Positions 52,407 through 64,000 of a stretch of DNA of 64,000 nt are shown piece after piece (positions within the stretch are counted from its first letter, which is position 1; every line of letters begins with the position of its first letter). The notes beneath the pieces were generated by a model. The model did no database searches. It worked only from the letters and a program-made list of their open reading frames with translations, and was not told the DNA's origin. Location of the stretch: the NCBI GenBank assembly GCA_040954595.2, contig CM082592.2, positions 10,502,731-10,566,730 on the forward strand, given 5' to 3'. The position numbers and the translations under genes were made by a program. The DNA comes from Balanoglossus misakiensis (Eukaryota > Animalia > Hemichordata).

Positions 52407-54690
52407 ATGGCAAGCTGGTACTATAGGAGGCGTACGAGGATTACACTGGCGGTCATGACATTCACGACTGCTCTCATCATGGTGCAGAATATTGTATGCA
52501 ATACACACAATGTTCTCCAAGCTGTCGACACGTCTCAGCAACCCGAAGGCATTGCTATTATTGAATTGACGCCGCCACCGTTGCCTAACCCATTCCCGGA
52601 AAGACGTCGTCAAAATGGTAAGTTTTATTTTTGGCCGACGATGATATCCAACTTGAATGTCCTCTAGGCGAGATAGCTAACACTTCCGATAAAGCCTGCA
52701 ACAACGTATTTTGTGTGACGAATTATATGTCTATGTGCAATTATTTTGAAAAAATGGGCAATAATCATCTCAGATTTATCCATGCATGTGTGTTGGCTAC
52801 GACAGTCAAAATTCACATTATGAACAAGGCAGCTGTACTAATAAGTTATTAACATAAAATAACCCGACAGTCGTGACAAATGATTGGCCATGTTACGCAC
52901 GAGAACAACATCGAAAAGTCACAATCCTCAAAACCCAAGGGCATGTCGGATGACTACGATCGCTATCGACTGTGTCCCATAAAACATTCTGAATCAGAGA
53001 CATCATGTCGTCCGCTGAATCATAGATATCCATGCACGTACATCGTTGCATGCATGTACAGTGAATTTCTTATAATCATATGTTGGCGCGAAGCAAATAT
53101 TTCCTACATATGAGGCATGTTTTGAAAAGTTTTATTTGTAATGGCTAGTTGTCTAGGAAATATATTCAGACAGATTTCTATTATCTACAATACAGCTGTT
53201 ACAACGCGCCCACAAAGATTTCCTGAGTATAATACCCTACATCAAAAGAATTCATATGATTTGTGATGGAACAGATGGTCAAATATTAGACTCCTAACAG
53301 TCTGGATGGGAGAAAACAAATCCCCTGATTAAACGTGTGCGGCTAAAAATGTGTAGGTTAAAAAATATAAGGCTTATAAGGGCAGAATTCATTAACAATG
53401 TTAAAATGTGCGAAGTTGGTAGAAAATACAACTTGTTTTATTCTCAAGGGATGAGCGACAGCCACGTCAGATTAATCTCCAAAAACGCGTAGAAAGAAAC
53501 AGGTTATTCCATCAAAGGAATGAACACATATCTTTATATTTTGGCAGATTCACTTGGCCAGCGACTGACGTCGACGGACTGTGACGTGGCTTTTGCTGAT
53601 ACTGGTAGTCGACCACTGGTGGCGCTTGCCAGCTTTCCTGGGTCGGGCAACACGTGGTTGAGATGTATGCTGGAAAAATTTACGGGATTGTACACGGGAA
53701 GTATATACCACGATGGTCAACTATCGCGAGCAGGTAAGTTCTGTCTGACCATTTTCTCTTTAATGGCCGATATAAAGTTCCTACATATGTCATATAACTT
53801 AGGCCTATTACAATACTTCAAGGTTTCAGGGGAGAATCGAGATACTGGAAAAGTCGTGACACATTGGTTGTGAAACTTCACGAGACTGGTAATGAGACCA
53901 TCGCTGAGTTCGAGTCGGCCATATTGCTGATTAGAAACCCATACCATGCAATCATATCGGAGCGCCATCGACATGGTGGCGGCGGCCATGTTGGAATTGC
54001 AAGTCCTGCAGCATTTCAAGGACAGGGTGAGTTTTACAAGAAAATTCAACGGAAACAACGCTTTGTTGTTACAACAACAACAGCAAGGCAGGGGCACATA
54101 CCCAGGTACTTGCATAGATACATGGGTACGTAGTATTACGTGTACACACACACACACACACACACAAACATGTAAGTACTAAATGTGTACTTAGTTTGTA
54201 TTTGTCTTAGTTAGTATTTAAGTCCGATATTTACCTCTTTGTAGTACTCTGATGACCAAAACACCTTTTCTTTGTTTTTCTGACAGGATGGGAAGGCATG
54301 GTCCAAGATTATTCCAATTATTGGGAAGCGCTGGCGGTAAACTGGCTTCAAAGTGGGATGCCCGTGTTAGTTGTTCACTATGAACATCTAAAGGAGAACC
54401 CTATATATGAAATCTCAAAAATCGCTGATTTCCTGAACATTTCATTCGCTGACAGACGACCTCAGTGTGTCCTTGAAGATACGGGTAACCAGTTTCTTCG
54501 AAAGTCTCCATCCGGGACGTTCTCAGTGGATCCCTTCACTCCAGTAATGAAAGATATTTTGAATGGGAAGATGCGAAAAGTCAATTGCATTTTGAGTGGA
54601 GTGGGCGCCCCCAGCGTTGTTCCAAGGAATGGCAATTTAAGCGAACCGCAAAAGATGGAAGACTGTGATTTCGTGGCGAACGGACAATAA
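52407..54690 (+). CDS. WSCD1/2-family Golgi-type sulfotransferase lacking WSC domains
   Basis: Exons 52407-52617 (an in-frame ATG at 52377 is also possible), 53548-53733, 53823-54026, 54287-54690. Type II TM; 5'-[53 protein letters not shown]. Confidence 0.88.
54144..54166. repeat. (CA)n microsatellite
   Basis: acacacacacacacacacacac in a sulfotransferase intron. Confidence 0.9.
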
Positions 54691-54802
54691 AAATGAAAAG
54701 AGTTTGGGCCGGATCTTCAAACGTGACGAAAAACACATTTTATTTTAGCAGCACACTACTTGCAAAAATGGCGGAATATTTCTGTGAAGCTCGCCCTATG
54801 AT

Positions 54803-56356
54803 TCATGTCTTCTGTTCAGTTCCCCTCACGTGAATGTCGTTGATCTATAGCGTGGAAATATAAAAGAAAGTAGGGAAATAATATCATAATCACGTGTATC
54901 ACTGCACGAAGAAATATACACGTTTGTGAAATCGACAATATTTTTAATTTTTTTTACCTCAACATGCGGTGGGGCACCTATGATGTACAATACCATGTCG
55001 GCTATATCCTTGGCTTCCAAAGGCTGCGAAAAAATAATAAAATCAAAGAAAAGGATCACCTGAAATTGCGTAATATTTGCCTTGTGAGCATTATTTTTTC
55101 TCATGAGGTAATGCTTGGGGAAAAAAGGAAAGTAATGATCTCATTGAAAACTAAAGTCCATTTCTCACAATATCTCGAATTATCATAGCCACAGTTTAAC
55201 CCTACAGATATATATGTTTGAAAAAATCTCACCTTGAATCCACCAATAATTTTCTTTACTTCGTTCTCATCACCATGACACGACCTCCTCACAAAATCGG
55301 TGTCACCAACAAAAGCCGGTGAGATACACTACAAACATAAACATCAATACATTGTCTGCATGCATCCATGTACTACGTGGTAAATTGTCATACAATTGGC
55401 ATTTCCTGTATAGTAGTACGACTATCTAACTTGAAGAGTTAATGACCTACTGTGGCTCGTATGTGTGATCCAAGTTGACGTAATTCTCGCCGCAAACCTT
55501 CACTCAGAGCAGTGACCATGAACTTCGTACCACCATAAAAATTTTCGTCCGGTGTTAGGAGTCTATGACCTGACATACTGTGATAGAATACAATAGGAAT
55601 GTCCATAAGCTTGACAACCCCGGTACCGGTACAATGGAATCGGAACACATGGTATTTCGTGTGAAGAAATAGGTTCTCACAATACTTTGTCTACCTACCT
55701 ATTAATATTTATGATGTGTCCATCATCGACATTTCTTTCTCTCATTTGTTTTACTGCCTCTCTGGTGCAGATCGTCAGAGCCAAAACATTTACCTATAAA
55801 ACGCAGAATTAGTTAAACATATTGAGAGAGTTCCCCAACTGAGATAACACTTTTGAAACATTTTGAATCAACTCAATAAGATAACTTACGTCCAGCATAT
55901 TTTTCATGTCTTCGGTCTTTCCCTCTAGTATTGTCGTGTTAAAATTAAGTCCAGCGTTATTGATGCAAATATCTACGCCTCCGTGGTTTTTCTTGATCTC
56001 GGCAAACATTGATAGAATTTCGTCCACGTTTCTCAGGTCGCACTTTATTGGATGTAGAGATCCCGAGACTGACTTGGATTTCAATTCTTCAGAATGTGCC
56101 TGTGAAGTGAAAACTTACTTTGACGAGGTGCATAATCCAAGAGTAAAATGCACAGTATATACTGTATGTGTGGAGTGACTGTGGTCAATTATATACCGTG
56201 CACGTTATACTGCACGTGTCTTACCTGAATTTTCTCGACGTCCCTGGCACAGCCATAAACAACCATGCCACGTTCCGATAATGCGCGTGATATCGCCTTT
56301 CCCATACCAACGGAAGCGCCTGTTACTAAGGCAACACGTTTGACCCAACGTTCCAT
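54803..56356 (-). CDS. DHRS11: Dehydrogenase/reductase SDR family member 11-like
   Basis: MERWVKRVALVTGASVGMGKAI, IKCDLRN, GGVDICINNAGL, SMSGHR, FYGGTKFMVTALSEGLRRELR (YxxxK), ISP, APPHVEINDIHVRGTEQKT*; about 7 exons. Confidence 0.93.
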
Positions 56357-56589
56357 GGTGCAGTGTCGTGAACGAGTTTGCCCGTGTATGTCCAGTATGA
56401 ACGAACGAACGAGCTCAGAAAGGGAGGCTGGTGTTCATGTATAGGCGGAAGTAATGAGCTATTCTCTTTCACAATGAACTTTGACCATTTAAAATAGCCA
56501 GCTGGTGACGACTGGCTGGTGACCTGCTTTTCATTAGGCCTTCATTGGGTACCTCTCTGTAGATCACATGTACATAATGTGACTTTTGG

Positions 56590-56633
56590 TATCTAAAACA
56601 CACTGGGTATGGTGACCCAGTGTGTTTTAGATA
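56590..56633. repeat. Perfect inverted repeat, 19-bp arms, 6-nt loop
   Basis: TATCTAAAACACACTGGGT atggtg ACCCAGTGTGTTTTAGATA. Confidence 0.9.
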
Positions 56634-56979
56634 GGGGTATGGTGACCAGGCTACCCACAAGCCAACCAACCTGCCAGTGTTGCTAGGACTGTGGAAACAG
56701 CTGTACGCTATATGTTGCTCTTCTTAGTGTTATGGTCTCCTCTTTTCTGTTCATACACACCACTGCTCATAGTATATGCACATTTAATGCGCAATGTTTA
56801 TTAAAATAAATCATATCTTTAACATCAAGGCTTGATACAGAAGATCATTCACAAAGACTCATTTCAGATAAATGTATTGCTAACATTGACTTCACTGGCA
56901 AGCAATTATCAATAGTTTCTTGATTTCATTGTACTCCAAACACCCATTAATGGCCGTTTAGAGCCTGTTATATATTTAA

Positions 56980-57810
56980 TTAATCTTCTTCAAAAAACAT
57001 CTTCACTAGGTCGTCTTTCATAAGCTGTTCTTCCACTAGTTTCTGTGGCTGAGAAAGAAAAGAAAAGAGTATAAAATTATTGGGTTACATATTTCAACAT
57101 ATATAGATATAAACAGCCAAACTCTGAAGAAAAAAATACTTTCTGTACATCACAAAAGTATGATTTAATGTTATAACAGAAACCTACTTTTCCAACTCGT
57201 AACAAAGTTGGAACACCAGTTAGCCTCAGATCTGAATGTTTCCGGAAACCATTATTTGGATCCTTCCAGCTGTATAGAATGAAATCAACACCAAGTTAAC
57301 TTTTTGTAATTTTATTCATACGTTGATCGTGGATAATGATGTAGAAATAAAGGTGTCTCAGTCCTGAATATCGGCACTGATGGTTGGATTTTATCAGAAA
57401 CCATCACACGGAAAATGAGTTTGGCAGGTTGACAAGGTCAAATATTGTCCACTTACAAAGTTCTATCACCGACAAAACAGTGAATAAGTACCGCCCCTTC
57501 CGGTGCAAATGCTAGGTTCTTCTCTACTACAGGTTCAGCTGTTGAAGTAGAATGAATTTAACAACAAATTAACACTCCATTGCAACTGCAATTCACTCAT
57601 TTCATTTTAATCAGTTTCCTTTCTCTGTACAACATGATTGCAGTCGGATTCTGAGTAAGATTCATTACCTGACACGCAATCGGGGCACCAGCTTTTACCG
57701 TCTGCCCCAAGAGATCCACTGAAGTAAGCGTACAAATACTCCGTCTTTTTAAGCTCTTCAACTGTCGACAGGAATTTGTCTAAGCCTTCTACGTTCACCT
57801 TCTTCACCAT
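56980..57810 (-). CDS. TXNDC17: Thioredoxin domain-containing protein 17 (TRP14)
   Basis: Four exons. YFSGSLGADGKSWCPDCV, AEPVV, HCFVGDRT.WKDPNNGFR, LTGVPTLL, QKLVEEQLMKDDLVKMFFEED*. Confidence 0.95.
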
Positions 57811-58209
57811 GATTGAAACCCTTATGAAAGCTTATGCCACAAGGTCATTGAGGGCATGCAGTAGACTGAAATTCGGGTTCAGATTCAGGTTGGGATGACT
57901 CTCTTGTTGGGTGATGTGAGGGCGCAAATAGCTGAGGCGCATACTTTTTGCAGAAAATACTTCAAAAATATATCAGAAATCAACACCAAAATGACCATCT
58001 TAGCATTACCAGCACCATTTTGTGTAATTTATTCGATTTCTTAAAACATGTCAGCTAAAACTACAATCTCCAATTGAGTATGTATTAAAATGGGAAGTCA
58101 GTTTAAAAGATAATTGTAAAAAATACACAAGTTGGTGGTCGCAACCAGTAAGTCTTCTCCCAGAGTCCTGTGGTTTGTATGGCACTTCATATGTCTGGTA
58201 GTTCCCATG

Positions 58210-61200
58210 TTATGTGGCTTTCCAGACACATATGATATTATTGTGAGTCACAGCAATAATGGTTTTCAAATCTGAGCTGATATCAATATCATCGATGAGA
58301 ACGCTCTCTCCAGTTTCTTCCGGACTTGGCCAAGACAACACCTACCAGAAAAAGAATTTTAAAAGAAAATAATGTTATTTTTTCAGTCGTTACACAGACA
58401 ATATAGAAGTAGAAGTTGAAATATTCAATGTCTCACCTGACTGGCTCTAATGTTGGCTGAACTCTTGACCTTTGACATATCATAGAGATGTACATTACCC
58501 ATATCATCCCCTGAGGCTAAGACACCACAATCTGAAAAAAAAATGTTATCAATATGACATCAAAACAAGACGTGTACCTGTAAAACCTGTGACAAAAACA
58601 GAGAGGGTTCTAGTTTTATGATGAATATTGTGATCCGTTACACATACAAGTTCTATAACTCTTCCACTGACTGAAACATACCTTTGTGGTTTCCAAGATA
58701 CAGATAAATCTCATTGAGATGTTTCCATTCTAGGGTGTGTAATAGCTTCACAGGAACAATCTCAAAGTCTGAAGATTTCTTGCTGTGTTGACGTTCAGTC
58801 TCTGTAATACTCCACACAAGAATTCTGTTGTCCGATTCATAAGCATCCTCGGTTTCTCTGCAAAACTTGGTTGCTGAAATCAACAAAAATGTTATCATAG
58901 ATAAAACACCGATAATATGAAAGCTTGATGGTACTTCATACAGATCAGTTATGACTGTATAAGTAGTTAAAAAGTTAAGGCTTAATAACCGAATGAACAC
59001 ACACAGAGATTCCTGGGGCCATGGAATTTGTCCAAAATATTAGTTTTCTCAAAAACTGTTCTGAGTGTCTCTGTGACTCACTGTGCTTTACCTATGATGT
59101 CATCCTGGATCAGAGCCAATCCATCCACAAACACTTTTTCACCACGTCCACATGATGGAAGTAAATACTCCTTTGTCACCAGCCTAAAATACAAAAACAA
59201 AAACAACATCAAACAGCAAAATCACAACAGATTGTTTTTTTACTATGCCCTGGTTCACATATACCAATTACCCTAACACTTACATGTACACCTTCCCAGG
59301 ATCTTAGATAAAAGATGACTAAGAAAACACAGTTACACATCCTTTAACATACCGTTTCTTGGCATATGATTTGGAATGTAAATCCCATCCATAAATGCCG
59401 TCTTCACAAGCACCAAGCAGTCTCCCTATCTTCGGTAACACAACCAGATTGAGAACACTGGACACAGCTTCAAATTGACAGAGTTGTCTGGAAGGAAAAG
59501 AAGAATATACTGTCTTTTCTCAAACTGTATTCTACAACCTGTAAGCAAGCTGGTATAGATACTGTAAGTATGCAAGAAGCTAATCTTCAATGACAAAACA
59601 CAACTTGTGCACCATTGGATGAGTGGATGGCATTACAGTTTTAAGAACTAAAGGAAAACTAGTCTCAGGTACAGACTCACTTGGGATGACACTCATAATT
59701 GGCCAACTTGGGGATACCTATATCCCATAATTGTACAACTTCATGTGATCCACCTGAAAAAGAGAACGAAAAATTTATTTTGATCATGATCATTGCTACC
59801 TTAACCCTTTCACCCCCATTCACTCTATGGAGGTCCAACTTTACCATAGAAAACAAAGTGTTCGGACTTCACCATGTTGGTGAAAGAGTTATGGTGAGTG
59901 TACTTACTGAAGAGGTGAGTTGGTTCACTTGGATGAAACAACAAAGCATTGATTGGACCTTTGCCAGTTGTGGTATTTGAATAGCACGACAGTTGTGATG
60001 GATACATCAACCGAATTTCACCATTCTTTCCGCCTGCAGCAAGAAGATTTGTTGCTTGTCTCTTTCCTCCAACCTCCATTGATACCGTTGTCCAGCCAAT
60101 GGCATAGAAATCCTATTGTATGTAACAGAAATCAAGCATGATTTCAAATCATATGAATGACTCATATATGACATTGAGGATTATCAAGCATATTCCTGGC
60201 ATTGTAAGGCAGCTTGTTGACACATTTATTTTGAAGCATACTGACCTCATTTGTTTGTTTGTATTTTTTCATAACTTTTCCAGATTTGCAATCAATCAGA
60301 CACACTGCTTCACCACCGCATGTAGCAACTGTGTCAGTTGTTTCACCTGAAATGAAAAATATATATATATAACTGCAACTTTTGATATCTTCAGTATTTT
60401 TTTATCAATTGTATTCAAAACAGTTTTTAGCCACATACGTACCAGGGAATGTTGGGTTTGGTTCAAAAACACATCTCCATACTTTTGTATTTTCATCTTC
60501 TGGATCGTTGTTCTTGGAATGACATCTTAGGAAATGTGCAGGCACGTAATCATATTTCAAACCATCCTGGAAAAACAAGAATTATATTGGCACAAAATTG
60601 TAATACATGTACTAAAATGAAATGATTGCCAAAGGTTGATACGTGGAATCAACTTACCCCTTTCATCTTTGTCTTCTTTGATAATCTGTGTTCACCTTGG
60701 CTCTTAGTAACTTTATCACATCTTTGCTTCTTCCTTGGGGGTTCTCCTATAGACTTCCTGATATTGCTTGTTTGTTTCTTGTCTTGCTTTTCTTCAGTTG
60801 CCTCGACCATGAATTCTTTCACGAGGTGTGCAATCTAACACGAACAAAGACAATAAAATGTATAGATTTCAGATCCTGACAACACAATTGTGCTTTCACA
60901 TTTTTGCAACTGACAATTTTTGTTTAAGTTATTGAAGAGGCACTCAATACTCACCAAGTAATCTTTGAAATGTTGCAGTGATGCTGGTCCACAGGAAACT
61001 GTCTGCAATTCTCGCTTTATAGACTTTTCTATACGGTTGGTTTCTAAAAGTGTAGAAACATCTGAGAACTTTTCTTCGTATTTCTCTCGCCACACTTTTC
61101 TAAGCTGAATGTTTTACAATATGACAAATGAAAGATTATTTGGTAGTTTTGTGTAGAAATTATGATGTGTAGAACTGCGACATGACGTTTAAAGAATATG

Positions 61201-62126
61201 TTTAGAAATTAAAGTCACACAAATAAAAGGGTAAGGGAACCTTGTCTACTGCATGTAAAACTACTTTCTGATTTGTAATTACCCACCTTTGCGGAGAGTT
61301 TGTGTTCATATTGCTCTATTGTGTTCCTCACTTGGTCGGTTGAGTGACCATTGTATTGTTGTAACTTGGGTAACATATGAACAGCTATGTATTCATCATT
61401 AATCTATACAGAAAGGGGGAAAAATGACAGAAATTAGTTCATCATAATTTACTGTGCATTTCACTAGTTCAACCATGATTAGCATACCGTGGTATGTTCA
61501 TGGTTCAAGACAAGTGGAGGGACTGTGAAAGAACATAACAATCCAAGGTTATGAGTGAACTGCTAATGGACTGTCAATGGCCAAGAAGAGAGACAAAAGT
61601 TGCTTTAGACTAATTTTAATTAATATGCCCATTTATTGTATTCACAGTAAGACAATGTAAACGTTGCCATGACTACCCAAGGTGGGAAACGCCCGCAAGC
61701 CAACAAACCCTGTACTCACAAGTTTCTTGAATGCAAAGGAAAATTTAATACTCTTTGTCCATTTCGCTTGTTCTCTAACCCTTGTTTATTATTAGCAATA
61801 CTATTGACTACCGTGATTTTCATGTATGAACTTACGTTGATGAGATTCATTTCCACTGAAAGTTCTTCCAAATTCGGAAACTGCTTCACAAACTTGAGAC
61901 ATCTGAGTCTGTTCTCTGAACAGTTGAGAGTCCGCAAGCGATCCAGTGTCATGTCATCTGGGAAAGTGTCTAACTTGTTGTCGCTTACATCAAGCTGTTC
62001 GAGTTTCCTGAACTTCGATATGCCAAGGGTCTTTAGATCTCGGGCCTTGAATGCACGGCTGGATAAATCTAATCTTGTAATGCCGACGGCTGGCAATGTC
62101 ACGAAGTTTGACGCTGGAGAAGGCAT
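58210..62126 (-). CDS. LRWD1: Leucine-rich repeat and WD repeat protein 1 (ORCA)
   Basis: N-terminal LRRs (LEQLDVSDNKLDTFP, QFPNLEELS), VSCGPASL, HFLRCHSKNNDPEDENTKVWRCVFEP, WD40 motifs EFYAIGW/LLAAGG/WDIG; ends CVWKAT*; about 13 exons. Confidence 0.92.
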
Positions 62127-62874
62127 GATCGTGACTGTTTGCAGGGCTACTGTGGCTGTTGATCGCCGACCTTTGTCGATTGTCAGTGTGCTGTGTGGTA
62201 GAGATGAACAACATGTCAACAGTCATGTTGTTGATCTTTTCGTTTCGGACGTTTCACGACAATCGAATGCCCACTGACCGGTTCTTCAGAAAATCAACTG
62301 TTTGTAACGATGAAAGAAAACATACATTTCGAACAAGTACACTCACCTATGCGTAAAACACGTTTCCTTCGTCGACTGGTGATTGCATGCAAACACGTGT
62401 GTGCTGTCTGCTAGTTTAACAGCTGATATTTGCGCCTGCGCACACACGTATGTCACCAAGTTCAGTGTCCGAACAGGTAGTCGAGTCGCTAGGGGCGGTA
62501 TCCAGCTGGTTTCAAGGTGTTTTTGACATGAAACAGATAAGACAGCTTGCTATTGTCACTTTTCTGTAATAGGTGAGCACTCTTACACTTGTCTCAATCA
62601 AATAACATTCACATATATATCGAGAAACACCAGTTACATTCATTATGCTGTTGGTGGGGGGGGGGGGGGGGTGATGGGAGGAAGTGGAGTCAAGGAGATG
62701 TCCCCACCCGGCACCCTGATGACACATAACATATTTTGCATGATGAAGGATCCCCCTGCGCATAATATGGATCTGGATCGGTCCTGAGAATATCAGCTGC
62801 ACATCACCAGACTGAATGTGATCCTGATCATACTCTGATACGCTGATTTTTTTCTCTTCAACAGGTGGTCAAGC

Positions 62875-63693
62875 ATGTCTTCATTACTCTGTACGATTGC
62901 ATCTCTGTGCCTGAAGCAGACTCCATTTGTCTTAAAACCCAAGTCTGACATACCAACCCCACAGATACCACACTTAACTCTGGGCGAGGACATTGTCGCC
63001 GATAAAAGGCTAACAATTATTGGAGATGTACACGGTTGCTATGACGAACTTGTTGAATTGCTGGAGAAGACACGAAGTCTGGGAAACGATTCTCTCATTC
63101 TGTTTGTCGGGGATTTGATCAATAAAGGCCCAAAGAATAAACTTGTCTTGGAATATGTGAAGGAATTGTACAATGCCTTTGCTGTCAGGGGCAACCACGA
63201 TGAAGCAGTTCTACGTGAGATGATGTACAGCAAAAAGGAGGAGTATGTTCTGTCTGAGAAATATCAGTGGACTTCAGAACTTGACCAGAGTGACTGGGAC
63301 TATCTATCGCACTTACCATACACTATAAGTATACCAAGCAAGAAAATTATGATAGTACATGGTGGATTGGTTCCTGGTAAACCCCTAACCAGGCAAAAGG
63401 CAACTGATATGGTAACAATCAGAAACCTTGTATTTACAGACTATTTTGGAGGAGATGGTTGGAAAGGGTGTAACTCTATCAAGATCGGCTATCCATGGGC
63501 GTCACTGTGGCCAGGACCGTACCATGTGTATTTTGGCCACGACGCCAGGAGAAAACTACAACAGTATGATTATGCCACGGGACTTGATACTGGCTGTGTG
63601 TATGGTGGATGTCTGACAGCTGCTGTGATTGATCTGGATGGTTCCACGGAGTTCTATAAAGTTAATGCTCATTCTGTGTACAGGAAACCCTGA
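62875..63693 (+). CDS. ApaH-like phosphatase (bis(5'-nucleosyl)-tetraphosphatase/PrpE/Ppn2-like metallophosphoesterase)
   Basis: Single-exon 272-aa CDS. GDVHG, GDLINKG, RGNHD, VHGG, FGHDA, LDTGCVYGGCLTA. Strong acceptor at ~62864 implies a 5' UTR intron; head-to-head with LRWD1. Confidence 0.92.
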   Translation: MSSLLCTIASLCLKQTPFVLKPKSDIPTPQIPHLTLGEDIVADKRLTIIGDVHGCYDELVELLEKTRSLGNDSLILFVGDLINKGPKNKLVLEYVKELYNAFAVRGNHDEAVLREMMYSKKEEYVLSEKYQWTSELDQSDWDYLSHLPYTISIPSKKIMIVHGGLVPGKPLTRQKATDMVTIRNLVFTDYFGGDGWKGCNSIKIGYPWASLWPGPYHVYFGHDARRKLQQYDYATGLDTGCVYGGCLTAAVIDLDGSTEFYKVNAHSVYRKP

Positions 63694-64000
63694 AATATAT
63701 GTATATGTATTAAAGTTACCTATAATCTAGGTTCTACATCCCTGTGATTATGACACTTGCTTAATATTTCTATACACAAGCAACTCAACAAGAAGTTTCA
63801 TGTTTGTCAAGGGGAGATAATTGATACTTGAATCTCAATGCTGCCAATGTAGTCAGTTTGAGCATGGGGTTGAAATCATTCTTGAATATTATTTCAGTCA
63901 ATGGACATTTTTAAAAATTACAGAAGTTCTCCAGATTTAATAATGTTCCTCTAAAATTAACTTCTATAGCAACCACAACATATTTGTGTCTGTAATAATT

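Noticed and set aside
57669-57700. Selenocysteine in the thioredoxin-fold protein
   Set aside because: The WCPDC cysteines are both TGC; no in-frame TGA was needed in any reconstructed gene.
61669-62277. 202-aa plus-strand ORF
   Set aside because: Antisense shadow of LRWD1 exon 1; no recognisable motif.

Overview
Eukaryotic, AT-rich, gene-dense animal DNA with short GT-AG introns; gene content suggests a marine invertebrate deuterostome such as a hemichordate or amphioxus (inference only). I reconstructed about 16 protein-coding genes by splicing exons by eye. In order: the 5' end of a possible SRR1-like gene, DCTPP1, NDUFS8, an adenosine-receptor-like orphan GPCR, FKBP6, an RRM-F-box-LRR protein, PRODH2, an intronless SGNH-hydrolase-like type II membrane protein, three tandem divergent nicotinic-type Cys-loop receptor subunits with a GDAP1-like GST between the 2nd and 3rd, a WSCD-type sulfotransferase, DHRS11, TXNDC17, LRWD1 and an ApaH-like phosphatase. 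The best lead is the receptor cluster: intact cation-channel pores but a progressively degenerate acetylcholine-binding aromatic box and polar or acidic M2 substitutions, so candidate non-ACh or chemosensory channels. The first subunit appears to have an ~8.9 kb first intron holding a cryptic 72-nt exon and a structured hairpin. Other leads are an apparent R3H-like tail on the piRNA co-chaperone FKBP6, which sits head-to-head with the RNA-binding F-box gene, and an unexplained antisense first exon next to the cluster. No rRNA, tRNA, snRNA or CRISPR array was recognised. Exon coordinates were counted manually and may be off by a few bases; no database searches were run.
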